NCBI RefSeq assembly: GCF_006345805.1
Contig: NC_042998.1
Location: 141,236,001-141,300,000 of the forward strand
DNA from: Octopus sinensis
Lineage: Eukaryota
Direction: 5' to 3'
DNA: 64,000 nucleotides
The position numbers were made by a program, and so were the translations under genes. The notes under the pieces are model-generated. The model made no database searches, was not told where the DNA came from, and worked only from the letters and a program-made list of their open reading frames with translations. Below, one piece after another: positions 39,438-53,224 of the stretch (position 1 is its first letter; every line of letters begins with the position of its first letter).

Positions 39438-40258
39438 AATGCATTTTTAACACACCGAGTAAATAAAACCAATTTTATATATTTCCATGTATTTTTCACA
39501 TACGACTATAAAACGACAATAAAAGTCATTCAATGTGTTGCTGAATTCAATTTATTATACGCCATTGAAAACACTTATAATTAAGAGCCCATTCTAATTA
39601 GACTTTAAATTAACATCCTGCCTCGAACTATCATTTTTTTTTCTTGGGAGATATATGGAGATTCGTCGAAGCGTTACGTCTTTTACACACATCTGTGGCA
39701 TTATTTGTAACTATGTAACTATTATATAGCAACAAATAATGACAGAGTGGAGTATAAAAATCAATACTTATAAGAAATCAATACTTATAAAAGTATATAA
39801 GTATTGATTTCATCCTCGTGACCATGCTAATTGGATGTCGTTTATGTCAACTCGAAATGGGTGGAATTGAGTCGTATCAACTTTTAAAGTTACATTGGAG
39901 AAAGATTGAAAGATTGATTAAATTAAGTATTGTCAGAGATGCGTGTGTAGTTAGGTTTTAGGAAATATAGTGTATTTTACGTATTTTACTCATTTTAAGA
40001 TGAAATCTTTTCCATTGAAATATCTCGAAAACATCTCATGTATCTTCCATGTAAAAAAAAAAGATGGGTTGAAGCAGGATGTTAATTTAGGGTCTAGTTA
40101 GAATGGGTCCTTAATTATAAGCGTTTTCAATAGCGTATTATAAATTGAATTCAATAACACATTGATTCTAACTTATATTGTCATTTTACTGTTGTGTGTG
40201 GAAAATACATGAAAATACATAAAATTCATTTTATTTTCTCGGTGTGTTGAAAATATTG
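39438..40258. mobile_element. Long-TIR MITE/foldback (~200-bp imperfect TIRs)
   Basis: AACACACCGAG..AAATAAAA...AATTGAATTC...TTATAATTAAG..CCCATTCTAA...AAATTAACATCCTGC present inverted at both ends. Confidence 0.75.
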
Positions 40259-41446
40259 AAGGCTGCAGCAACACAGCCCAGTTTAACAATGCTTGTTTAC
40301 TACTGGTGGTACTTCGGCACTAGCTACATCATCTTTGATGAGTCACACTGTTTTCTAGCACGTGCATCAAAGAAACACTTTCTATACAATCGCCTTAAAT
40401 TAGAGGTTATATAAGACATGATAAAAAGAACATGGCAACAGGGACAGTCGTATAATACTTCAAAACATCGCTGTTAAAATGATGGTTTGTCAGGGAAGAA
40501 AACTGGCGTTTAAGACACTAAAGGAACCTTTAAATGTCCTCAACCAACCAGAAATCTCCACCTTCATCAAACGCCTTGAAGGACACAAGGCTTGAAATAC
40601 CTAAGTTTCATAAATAATGATGTGTAAGCCCAATGTCCTATATTGTTTCTGTTTAAGTCTTGTAAAAATAGCTCAAAGGAGCTATCTTTTTTGCTATTAT
40701 TTAAGTTTAAATAATTATTAAGAAATATATGAAAGAGAAACAGAGGCACTCGATACATGATGCTGGATTTATTTATTTACTGGAAGGAAAGACTTCAGTC
40801 ATTACATCGAATTTCACGTTTGTTGCTTGAAGCTCATCAATTCTAAAATTCGGAAGAGCGACAGAAGAGCGTCTTGTATTAAAGAAATACATTCTACTGC
40901 ATCTGCTGAGCTCTGTTTTCTCTCTTGTTTGTAAAGTGTCTGAAAGATACTCTACGACAGTGGTCTCCTACCTTTTTTAGCTCCAAGGACCGGTTTTATG
41001 CTAGACAATTTTTCCACAGACCGAGGTATCAACAGAGTGCATAATATAATTTAATTATTACATATATAATACATATGTAAGGCAAAAACACTCTGCAGAC
41101 TGCAAGAGTCAAATGATCCACTGCCCGGAACTGGTCCGCGACCAGCTGGGGATCCTTATTTGATGACATTTGAAGGCTGATTTTCATCGTTCAACAGTCA
41201 TACGAACATGTCCTTTTTGGCCAAATCCATTTCTCTGAAAGCTGAAAATTCCGTTAAATCCAGCTATTATTTTTTATTATTATTTATTATTATTTTTTTT
41301 TTTTTTGGCAATGTAAATATTTTTAGTATAGATTTTTCAGGTCATTTTCAGGTCATAAAAAAAATTGAATACCATTGGCAGACTCTAGCATGCAGTCTTT
41401 GAGTTTGCTTTGTTTGTTTCTATGTAAAAGTCCTTTTTACCATATG

Positions 41447-41637
41447 TACAAGGCCTGAAATTTTAGAAGGAGGATAGTCAATTATATTGACCCCAGTGCT
41501 CAACTGGTACTTATTTCATGACACCGAAAAGATGAAAGGCGAAGCCGATCTCAGAGGAATATGAATTCAAAACGAAAAGTCAGACGAGATGCTGATAAAC
41601 ATTTCGCCTGTCGTGCTAACGATTCTGCCAGCTCGTC
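41447..41637 (-). mobile_element. SINE family A
   Basis: Head, central block and tail recognisable. Confidence 0.8.
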
Positions 41638-42369
41638 GATATCTGATTACCAGATATTCTAGATATTCTGAGTGGCTGACACGTATTCTGAACATGTAGC
41701 CGTTATTATTTAGACCGAGGTCAGTGTTAATTGAATAACTGGGGGATACTTATAATGAGACCATCTTGTCTCTTCTTTGAGGGAGGTATAGCTGCTATTT
41801 GTAGCAGGCCGAGCTTCCATTCTTTATATTGAATCAATTGGTGAAACTATGAAGATTTCTAAAACGTAAAAATTTAAAACATCTCTACTGGAACCAACTA
41901 CTGAAAAGACACACGCTCTCTCTCTCTCCCCCTCCCTCTCTCTCTCATTCTCTCTCACACACGCAGACACTCTTTCCATTACTCCCCCTCCCCCTCTCTC
42001 TCTTTTTCACGAACAGAAACGTCTGGAACTGTCTAAATTCCAACAAAAGAGCCTTATCACAGTTCTTTATTTTCTTGTAAACAATAAAATTCAATAAAAT
42101 CCAAGAACGCCCAGGCACACAGATACAGACACACACGCATACACACTCACACATTCATACAAACATACACACAAATTTACATATACGTATATCCATACAT
42201 ATAGGGATGCACACATATATATATATATACACACTCACTCGGTAATACGATCACATATATACACACAGATACAGACATAAAGTATATATATGCATGCATG
42301 TGTAAATATATTTATATATACATATGAGCATACATATATACATATTTGCAGACATATCTTCATAAATAC

Positions 42370-42742
42370 ATACATACCTTCATACCTTCATACATATACA
42401 TACATACATACATACATACATACATACATACATACATGCATACATACATACATGCATACATACATACACACATACATACATACATACATACATGCATACA
42501 TACATACATACATACCTTCATACATACATACATACATACATACATACATACATACATACATACATACATACATACATACATACATACATACATACATACA
42601 TACATACATACATACATACATACATACATACATACATACATACATACATACATACATCGTTACTATTATTTGATCTCAAACAAAAGAACGTTATCACAAT
42701 TAGAAAGAGGCAAATCAACCAACATATTCCATAGAAAATGAA

Positions 42743-42817
<75 letters not shown>

Positions 42818-42856
42818 ACACACACAACACACACACACAACACACAACACACACAC
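42370..42856. repeat. (ATAC)n and (AC)n microsatellites
   Basis: Read directly. Confidence 0.95.
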
Positions 42857-43403
42857 GCATGCTCGCATTGACATACTCGTCATACATGTATATACATGTG
42901 TCATCGAACTTGGCTCAAAGAAACCTCTGCACGACAATAGGAACGATACCAGTCGAGAATTCATCGCGTTATTCCGTACAACGACGAGAAAGAACGAGAA
43001 TGACTTCGGCCATGATAAAGCAAAGCACTTCATTGTTTTACTTAGAATAGTTAAAAGTATTGATGTTTACATTAACTATCAGCCACAACAACAACTAAAC
43101 TCCAACGGCAACATTAACAATACTACAAACAACAGCAACAATAGTTAGCTACCTTATATATATCAAGTACTTTTCTCTTGTAGCTATCAGCTATGAAACA
43201 ATAGTAATTTATTTTAGTTAATATATATGTTTTCAATAACTCAATATTTAATTGGATTTTCTGTTTTTCTTTCTTTTAACCCTTCCGATTCTTTTTCAAC
43301 ACTTTCGAATGAATTACTTTCATTTTCGCTTTCTTTTACTCTCTTTCTTTCATTCATATCTTTCTTCCTACCCCATATTCTTCTGTCTGCTTGAGTCTGT
43401 CTA

Positions 43404-43455
<52 letters not shown>

Positions 43456-43473
43456 TATATCTATGTCTGTCTA

Positions 43474-43548
<75 letters not shown>

Positions 43549-43611
43549 CTATCTATCTATCTATCCATCCATCTCTCTCTCTCTCTCTATCTATCTATCC
43601 ATCCAGCCATC

Positions 43612-43695
<84 letters not shown>

Positions 43696-44491
43696 CTTCT
43701 GTCTAACTTCTTTTTCTTTCTATCTTTATTTAATTCCTTCTTTCTAATCTTTCAAATGGTTTTTTTTTTAAATTTCGAACATTTTCTTTCTCTTTCTTTC
43801 CTCCTTCCACTTATTTATTGTGGTGGTCAGTTATATCTCCTTCTTCATTGGCTATTCCCAAAGTGAGGTAAGTTGCGTGTGTAGGCAATAAGCACACTCA
43901 ACTGTAATTGACTTTTTAAAATATTTTATTAACCGCCATCGTTATATTTACAGGTGGACATCCAATAAATTGATGAACCAATGTTCAACAAACATAATGG
44001 TTAGGCATCTTCTCTAATATAACTTGCAAGATTATATAATGAACGTAACACAAGGAAAATAATCACTGCATATAATTAATATGTGTTACTGGGTACTATA
44101 AGTAAAGGTTGGTGCCTTTTGTCGAGTAGGACATAAGCATGTTATATAAGAAAAGTGAGAAGTGGGAGAGAACGACTCGTTGAAACAAGCAACATTTATT
44201 CTCCCGGACGCAGAGCAACTCTCTGGTTAGATTGAATTTGTCAGGCTTTTTATAGCTGTTAACCATCCTTCTAGAATTTTCGACTAAAATGTATAGCGGG
44301 AAAATTCGCTTATTCCCTTTGAAGTTTTCCTACTTCAATCATAACATGTCAGTCAATGCTGATTGGTCAAGCCATATTCGCGTTGGTGCTAATACTTTTT
44401 ATAGTGACACTTTTCCTTTTATGGTTCTAGACTAGTGGTTCAAATCTCAGTTGGGATTTCGCTACACTTTCTTCGACCCTTTAAGTTTCAT

Positions 44492-44582
<91 letters not shown>

Positions 44583-45109
44583 CATCAAACTCTTCGAGAG
44601 ATTTTCTTGGATTATTTGCAGTATTTAGTCTCCTTCAACTTTACATATTTCCAGCGTCGATAGAACGAGTACCAGTTAAGAACACTCCACTCTTTAAATC
44701 CGCTGACAAAGGTATCCTGAAAGAATGTTCGGAGTAAATCAGCAGGACAAGGCCTGGAGATACGGGACGGAATGAAAGAAAGAAAGAAAGACAGAAAGAA
44801 TGACAGACGGAAAGAAAGAACTCCCAGCATTGGTACTTTACCAATCCCAAGATGGTTAAAAGTAAAGCTAACCTCAGTAGGACTTGTACTTAGAGAGGGT
44901 AACAAATATCACACGATTTTCTATCCTACACTCTAACGACTCCATCAGTTTACTTCCTTCTTCACAGCGTTAGAGTGACAGCCTAAATACTTTACGGCGT
45001 TTCTTATTTTCCAATATATTCTGAGTTCGATTCTATTGAGGTTACCTTTGTTTTTCATTTGTCTTATTAATCCACTTTCAATAGTATGCTGTTTATCACA
45101 GTATACAGT

Positions 45110-45399
45110 AGTTTGTTCCTTCTCGAGCCACGTCTGGCTCATAGAGCCGGTTTCCCGGTTTCCTTGGCGTATAGGTTCCCCACCTGAACGGGATGCCGGT
45201 CCGTCGCAGGTGAGCTGCAAGAGGAAACAGTGAGAGAAAGTTGTGGCGAAAGAGTCAGCAGAAGTTCGCCATTACCTTCTGCAGGAGCCGTGTGGAGCGT
45301 AGGTGTTTCGCTCATAAACACACACATCACCCGGTCTGAGATTCGAACCCGCGATCCCTCGACCGCGAGTCCGCTGCTCTAACCATTAGGCCAATCGCC
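45110..45399 (-). mobile_element. tRNA-derived SINE family F
   Basis: A-box TGGCCTAATGG and B-box GGTTCGAATC, body, tail ...GGCTCGAGAAGGAACAAAC. Confidence 0.8.
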
Positions 45400-46763
45400 T
45401 TCACGTATACAGTAATAACCTGTGTTAAATAGATATTAACAGTGAACTATACACTTAATATGGTATATTGTAGTACACATAGCCACGTTTATCACTAATT
45501 CAGTCATCACTAATCCGGGATAACACTGTACGCTCAAATTATGAACTATGTTATGCTTATCACGTATTGATCTGTGATAACGCGGGTCGGCAATCGGTGG
45601 AAAATTCTACTCGTACTGCAAAAACTCACTCCAGTGACCATCATACAACTCAGTTAACCAGAATTGCATTGGCTATTGTTTGTATTGACATGACCGTGCT
45701 ACGAGGCTGAGTATTTTTTAAAATACGTTTTTATATACTGAGACCCATCAAAACGAAACAAATCAATAGAAAAAAATATGAAGATGCCTGATCCTAACGG
45801 ATGAAACACGTGAGTTTATTTTCTACAGGGAAAAGTAGAGATGATCAAGAAAATATGGGACGGTAGAAGCTTCACTGCTGTGGACCGCGAGTTTTGTGTC
45901 AATGAATTTATGATTCACTCCATTTACAAAATACTTGGATATGATTCATTTATTGTTATCTATCACTGTTTTTTTTCTTTTAACAAAAGCTCGTGATAAA
46001 CTAGGATAGATGTACTGTATTAAATAGATATTAACAGCGAACTATATATTATATTTACAATAGCATACAACAGTAGACTGTATCAAATAGATATTAACAG
46101 AGAACTAAAGTCAGTTTAATCATCAATAATCGGAATAAAAATAGCCAAATCAAAAAGAATCAATATTGTAATAATTGTTTCTATTATCAGCATAAATCCA
46201 AAAATTTCAAGTGGAATTAGTACTTTACTTTATCAATTTCTAAAACATAAAAGGCAATGTTGACTTCGGAAGGATTTGAGTTCAGAGAGCGTAGCTATCC
46301 AGAAGAAATACCGCAAAGTATTTTCCCCCGACACCCTAGCGATTCAACCACGTCTTGGCTCTCACCGATATTATAATAATTTTCGTTTTATGTTCTAAAA
46401 ATTCAGTCTGTTCACCAAAAGGGCGAAATACAAAAATCAACTTCTGCGGGATTTGACTTCAAAACAAGACGTATCAACAAATACAGTAGAGAATTTAATC
46501 TGACACGATACCAACTCGTCAATCCGTTGCCGGGAAATTAATCGAATCTTGAAGAATTACACAAAATAACTAAATAGATGTTTCGGGGTTTAGGCACGCG
46601 GCGAATGATTTTAAGAGGGGATCTAAATATTTGATTGGGATTTTATTTTATCAACTCTGGAAGTATGAAATGCAAAGTTGCCTGTGGCGGAACAAATATC
46701 ACAAGTCATTTTGTCTGACGCTGTAAGATTCCAGCAATCCATTGCCCTTGATGGTTTCTTATT

Positions 46764-47410
46764 TAGGCACAAGATCGGGTAATTTGGAAGAGAGGGGGTT
46801 AGTTGATTATATCGACCTCAATAGTTTTAGAGGCTTATTTTATCGATCTTGGAGAGAAGAAAATTGTCCTCGGCGGGAATTGAACTCCGAACGTAAAGAG
46901 CCGGAACAAATTCCAGTTGTTATTTTATCCGACGCTTTAACAATTTTGCTAATTTGCTGTCTAAAGAGAAAATAAAATAAAAAAGAAACAATGGCTTTAA
47001 ATTTGGGCACAAAGACAATTTTAAGAGGAGTGGTTAGTAGATTTCCTTGACCCAATGCTCAACTGGTATTTAATTTATCGTTTTCCCAAAGGATGAAAGG
47101 TAAGATCGACATCAGGATCTACACTGCCCAATGCAGCAGCCTGTTGTTTTGTTAAAACATCAAAGCAGTAGGATGTGATTTTTTTTAACTATTGAGCTGG
47201 CAGAATCGTTAGCACGCCGAACAAAATGCTAAGCGACACTTCGTCTGTTCTTACTTCTGATTTCAAATTCCGCCGAGGCTTTATTTTAGACTCTGTCTTT
47301 CAACATTTCGGTGTCGATGAAATAAGTACCAGCTATGCACTGAGGTGGCTACAATCGACTAACCTCCCTGCCCCACCCCCATAAAAATGTCAGGTCTTGC
47401 GCCTTAGCAA
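46764..47410. mobile_element. Cluster of diverged SINE family A copies (- 46764-46960; - ~46990-47110; + 47194-47410)
   Basis: Central block and head motifs recognisable in each. Confidence 0.65.
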
Positions 47411-49083
47411 GACAAGTGACTGGGCTACAGGCTCATACGTTGGTTCATATCGCTGTGGTATACCAAAGAGCAAGCGACAAAAGTTTGTTGGTTCAAGTCT
47501 AGAAAGCGATTTCGACTCTTGCTTCTAACTCATGTATTTCATCATTAGTACCTGCCACTGATGCTGCTACAGTTCTGCAATCGATGCTGCTGCCGTTGCC
47601 GCCGCTGCTACAACTACTATTACCATCACTGCTGCAGCTGCTGTTGGTGCTACATAAGCTGAACTCTATACATCTAGCCACCTTAAGTCAGTTATGTCTA
47701 TATAATTATCCCCTCTCGCTTGTTATATATACTAACATTGTTATAAGTTGGTGCTTAAATCTATCAGTCTATATAGGGAAGTATTTAAATTGAAATAAAC
47801 ATATCGATTCGACGGAAATTACATATGATATCAATCACACGGCGAAGAAGGAATTATAACATTTGGTTATTTGCAAATGTATTTATACTTGCTGGTATTG
47901 AATATACATGTGTGTGTGTGTACACACACACACACACGCGCACGCACGCAAATATACATATATTCGCTATTATATATATATATACATATATATACACATA
48001 CACATGTATGTATACAAATATACACATATGTATATATATTTTTATGTATGTATACATATATATATCGTTTGTATACACATATATAAATATACAAGTATGT
48101 ATTCATCTACATATATATACATATATACATACATATATATACACTCACATACATGCACATACATACACACCTACATAGATACATATATTTCCCATCACAC
48201 ATATGTATGTATATGTATACATGCACACATTCACACACATACATGCACATATGTGTGCTTTTTAGCCCACTGTAGATAAATAGATGGAGAGATAGCAAGA
48301 TAGATAGCTGCGATATAGACCGGAAGAGAGATGAGGGATGAGGAGACTAAAGGAAATAGTAACGTGATTTCGAACTTACTTTGTGATCGATCATCCAATG
48401 TCATAAGTAAACACGTGATTGATTCATATGAACCATCAATGCATAATCTAGATCGTAAATAATGAAAGCTTGACAGAAACAGTGAAAACATTGCGAAATA
48501 AATCACAGAAGTGACCGTACAGCTTACGCGTTATTAAATTCATTATATATGCAAATATGCAAATATATTTAATTAACTATGTTTTAATGGCGCAGGGGAT
48601 AGTGGTTCAGCATTATAGTGGATCTTAGTTACTAATTCGTCGTTGGTGGTACACGTGGTACACAGTATAAGGCTATGAGACGTTCTGGCGCAGCTGTTTT
48701 GGTGGTTCCTATTTGGCGGCAATAATTCTATGCTGACTTATTTGACGTCGGACTAATGTTTCTCTCATTCTCTCCCACGTTCTCTCTCTTTTTCTCTCCC
48801 TGATTATGTCTGAGAATACTTCTCTTAATGCGGATGAGGAGAAGGAAACTGTTTATATCACTTGTGTTCAATTAATAAATTGTAATGTTTCGCTATCTCC
48901 TTACTTCTATCTGTATGTGTGTGTGTGTGTGTGTGTTTGTGTCCAGTGCTAAAAAGTACTATCACCAAAACATGCTGAATGTCCAGTCAGATATACAAAA
49001 TCGTTAGCGTTAAAAGAACCACATCAATCGTTTCATTCCAACACTATTAGGAAGTTAAGAATGACCACACTAATATTTATATA

Positions 49084-49933
49084 CGGGACGTTTGTGCTAA
49101 ATTTGACAGTTTGCACAAAAGAAAACACAATATTTCACCCCAAAATAAAAGTATTTGGTAAAACTCAAAATATATCAGCTACATTATGGCTGGGAGATAA
49201 CAGCATACTCAAAGTAGCTGCTCCTAGCTTCCACCACGGCCTGGAGACCGCTCCTGAACCTGGCACATGCGTTCTTCACTGTGTCCTTGGGAAGATCTTC
49301 GAACACCTTCTTGATTTTAGATTCCAACTCAGCGTTGGTATTTCAGGCAGAGGGGTTAGTGTCTTTCTCAACCGCGCCCCACACATAGTAATCAATGGGA
49401 TTACTGTTGGAGGAATTAGGAGGCTAGAAATAATTGGGGCTGGTGAAGTCGTAGAAATTCTCCGACAACCACTTCTGGCTCCTTCCAGTGGTATAGTCAG
49501 GAGTCGAATGCTACTGCCACGCATATTGCCTTCCAGCAGCAACTCTCTCAAACTAGGGATTGATCACAATCTCCAGCAGCTGAATTGGGCCGTCTGAATT
49601 AAGCCTAAGGCCCTGTTCAAAGATTGGATGAATTCCAACGTGTAGATACTGTGTCCCTTCCTCCTTCGTAGTCTCTATTGTAGCTACCCACGTCACGTCC
49701 TACAGCTTTTACAGTGTTCACAGAGTATTGAGTAGCAGTCATTATCTCGGCATTTTGATACTCGGTCGAATTCTCATGATACGAGTAAGTGTTTTCAGCT
49801 ATTGAAATGGCCCGCAGTCTTTCAATTCAGCTAACGTTTCCTCTTAATCTTTATTACTCTCCAACGCCAGTGCATCAATCTGTCTCTGAAAAAAGGGGAA
49901 TAAAGAATCGTCACATTTAGCCCGAATACCCTG
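49084..49933 (-). mobile_element. maT-type (DD37D-like) deletion derivative, second copy
   Basis: Imperfect 24-bp TIRs (17/24); WLSENFYDFTSPN...NPIDYYVWGAVEKDTN...ACARFRSGLQAVVEA. Confidence 0.75.
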
Positions 49934-50803
49934 AAAGTTTCCATATATTTTATCACTCGAAACATTTGCATTTACATATGTACAACAATTACTTGAATAA
50001 AATAGCATACCTGAGATAGTGAATGTAATAGTTAAAAGTCTTCATAGCATAAAACATTTTAGTTTTTATGAAGAAATTGTTAGTGGTTATTAAAAGCAGA
50101 TTTAGTAACAAGAATGAGAACACCTTATCATAAACATGACCAGAAGAACAGAGTTCTGGGAGGCATCGGAAGTTCTTCTATTCAGGAGTTCAATATCCTA
50201 ACTTTTATAACATTCAGTCAAATCTTCTAGAAACTTCGGCAGAACTATTTGGCAGGAATTTCACAAAACTTACTTTCAAGTGTACGTCTGTTTGGTTTCA
50301 CACCAACCAATTTGATAGGTTGGACCATGCTCACGTTGGTGTTTATCTCTTTTATGGCGACACAGTTAATTACTTGTAGCTGGCCTTTTCCTATTATGGC
50401 CTTTTCCTATTATTGGACAATATAATTCTTCTAAACTGGGTATGTGAACGAAATGGTCCGAAACCTCGCTATAAGAGTAAATTACTAATCTGGTGGTCTT
50501 TAGTTCAGACATATAGCTAAGAGACACAGAGACAAGCGTATGCACAAGAGTATGAGTGTTGTGGTGTATTTGTTTGTTTGTTGTGCGTGTGTGTGCGTGC
50601 GTGTGTGTGTGCGTGTGTGTACGTGTATGTGTATGTGTGTAGATATGGCTATTCAAAAATCCTACTTTTTATTTAGAAAGGACGTGCAATAAACCTGAAA
50701 CTCAAAGTGATGGCAGAAAGGTTTTAGTTGCGGATGATTAAATGAATTTTCCAACACGTACGAAATAACCATTTCACTTATTTACATAGATGAATACACC
50801 CAC

Positions 50804-50852
<49 letters not shown>

Positions 50853-51531
50853 CTGCAGATGTGTGTGTGTGTATATATAAACCTCTTGGTCAACTGACCA
50901 CCACGCGTTCACTCACCAGTTTATATAATTTGTCTCACAGTAAAAGCGCGCCTAAAATTAATAAGGAGAACGTGCAGCATGCTTTAAATCAGTCATGTGG
51001 TCAATGAACATTATTTCTCATTAGAATTAATTATGGATTTATTATTATTTTTTTTTATTGTTGGACCAGAGAACAGTATTTCAAGTAGTATCATTTTAAA
51101 TTGTATTTATCAGATTAGTCCTTCCATTTGCTGCAGATAATTGTCTGCCAAACTATAATAATATTGTGCAGCTTCCTGTCACAGTAGCTAGAACTTTATT
51201 GTATCCTGCTCGAAATGTAGAGTAGATAAACAGCCGACAGCTGATGAAGAAACGTTCTTTATGTTACTTGCCTTGTTTTCCATTTGTTTCTCTCGTTGTT
51301 CGCATACCCAAATTTGCATTCGTATTTCGTAATTCATGTTGTTTGCGTTTTGTATGTATGTATGTATGTATGTATGTATGTATATATGTACATGTATATA
51401 TATGTATGTATACGTATATATATATATACATTAAAAGGCTTCCAAATAAAGAAGCGAGTGCTAGATACACAAAAAGGGGATAAATTCATGAAATGTAATG
51501 ATAATCAAAAACGTTTGCCAACTCAGCTAAA

Positions 51532-51605
51532 CCTGTACTGCAGTTTCATCTTTTTTTTTAGCAGATGAATAGAATTTATCTGCCAAAGCCAGAATCATCA
51601 GCTGG
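51532..51605 (-). ncRNA. Type I hammerhead ribozyme (PLE-type)
   Basis: CCAG-CUGAUGA-T-TCT..GCAGAT/ATCTGC..AGA-T-GAAA-CTGCAG-UA-CAGG; one mismatch in stem I. Confidence 0.72.
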
Positions 51606-51764
51606 AAGCCTTTTGTAATCCGAGCTGTACATACCGTTAGAAGCACGTGCAAATCTAACGATCTGTATACCCTAACTTTTCAGACCAGTGCGCAGACGCA
51701 AAACATACCCGGCGACAGAGAGGATGCCGGTAAAAATTTACGAGCAAATTTATCGAGCAATATT

Positions 51765-51932
51765 TAAACATAGTAAATAGGGTAATAAAAATAAATTATT
51801 ATTACCAGTGACCTTTATTTGGAAGAGTTTTAAGGTATTTATATATGAATAACGTATAGTCTAAATGACTAATTCGTCTTTTGTGCTAGGTCACTGGTAA
51901 TAATAATTTATTTTTATTACCCTATTTACTAT

Positions 51933-51937
<5 letters not shown>
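51765..51937. repeat. Perfect 50-bp inverted repeat, 73-bp spacer
   Basis: 51765-51814 is the exact reverse complement of 51888-51937. Confidence 0.92.
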
Positions 51938-51974
<37 letters not shown>

Positions 51975-52254
51975 TATTATATATATATATATATATTACA
52001 TATATAATTATAAAGATATATTATAGTTAAGGGCTACTGGAAATGCTAGAAATAGCTGTCAAATACCTACAATCCACTCTACAATTTGCTCTCTATATTT
52101 AACCACAGGGAATTCAACGCGAGGGAGAAATATAAAAAATATTGAATAATTCTATGCCTCGAAATTTCACGGTCTGCAAAAAATTGCTTTGCGATCATCA
52201 GTAGAATAAACTACTAGCCCACTGATATAATGATTTTATGATTATATATATATT

Positions 52255-52480
52255 TCTTTTACTTGTTTCAGTCATTTGACTGTGGTCATGCTGGAGCACC
52301 GCCTTTAGTCGAGCAAACCCCAGGACTTGTTCTTTGTAAGCCTAGTACTTATTTTATCGGTCCCTTTTGCTGAACCGCCAAGTTACGGGAACGTAAACAT
52401 ACCAGTATCTGTTGTCAAGCGATGGTGAAGGGACAAACACAGACACACAAACATACACACACGCAAACACACATATACAT

Positions 52481-52516
<36 letters not shown>

Positions 52517-52694
52517 CACAGAAACTCACGCACACACACACACACTTATATATATATGTACAACGGGCTCCTTTCAGTTTCTGTCTACTAAATCCACTCA
52601 TAAGGCTTCGGTCGGCCCGAGGCTATAGTAGAAGACACTTGCTCAAGGCGCTACGCAGTGGGATTGAATCTAGAACCATGTGGTTGGTAAGCAT
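52255..52694 (-). mobile_element. SINE family B, near full length
   Basis: tRNA head, CORE-like block, internal (GT)n, tail GGCGGTGCTCCAGCATGACCACAGTCAAATGACTGAAACAAG. Confidence 0.88.
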
Positions 52695-53029
52695 ACGTAC
52701 ATATATATAAATACATATACATAGGTTGTTTTTAACAGCTTGATAAATGGCGAAATAAATAAATAATTTGACCAGGAAACTCTTAGCAGTTGTATTTCAC
52801 AATGCTTTTTGTGGTTTTTATTATAATAATGTGCATACACACATACTTATATATATAGGGAGAATTCACAAGAAAAAAAAGACTAAGACGGATGGTGTAG
52901 ACAACAAACAGATGTATTAGTATAACGCTCGAGAAGTGAAAAAGTCTTTAACGTTTCGAGCCTACGCGCTTCCACAGAAAAGAACACAGAAAGAAACAAG
53001 GAGAGAAAATAAAGAATGTGTAGTGCTTT

Positions 53030-53224
53030 GCACAAGGCTAGTTGTTCTGGGGGAGAGGAATAGGTCGATTATATTGACTCCAATACTCAACTGGTACTTA
53101 TTTTATCGACCCTGAAAGGATGAAAGTCGACCTCGACGGAATTTGAACTCAGTTCGTAAAGACGGACGAACTATCGCTAAGCATTTTACCCTGCATGCCA
53201 ACGATTCAGCCAGCTCACTGCCTT
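53030..53224 (-). mobile_element. SINE family A
   Basis: AAGGCAGTGAGCTGGC head to CCTTGTGCAAAG tail. Confidence 0.8.

Noticed and set aside
45330-45399. tRNA gene (also the heads at 1743, 27030 and 61948)
   Set aside because: A/B boxes run into SINE bodies and no complete cloverleaf could be folded.
45786-45813. CCTGATCC..GGAT-GAAA-CACGTG
   Set aside because: Core lacks GA and there is no UH or stem I.
52148-52207. Minus-strand CUGAUGA..GAAA with a 6-bp stem I
   Set aside because: Needs three or more substitutions, including the invariant U16.1; could be chance.
52945-52980. Minus-strand CTGTGGA..GCTC-GAAA-CGT
   Set aside because: Invariant core A6 replaced and stem III incomplete.
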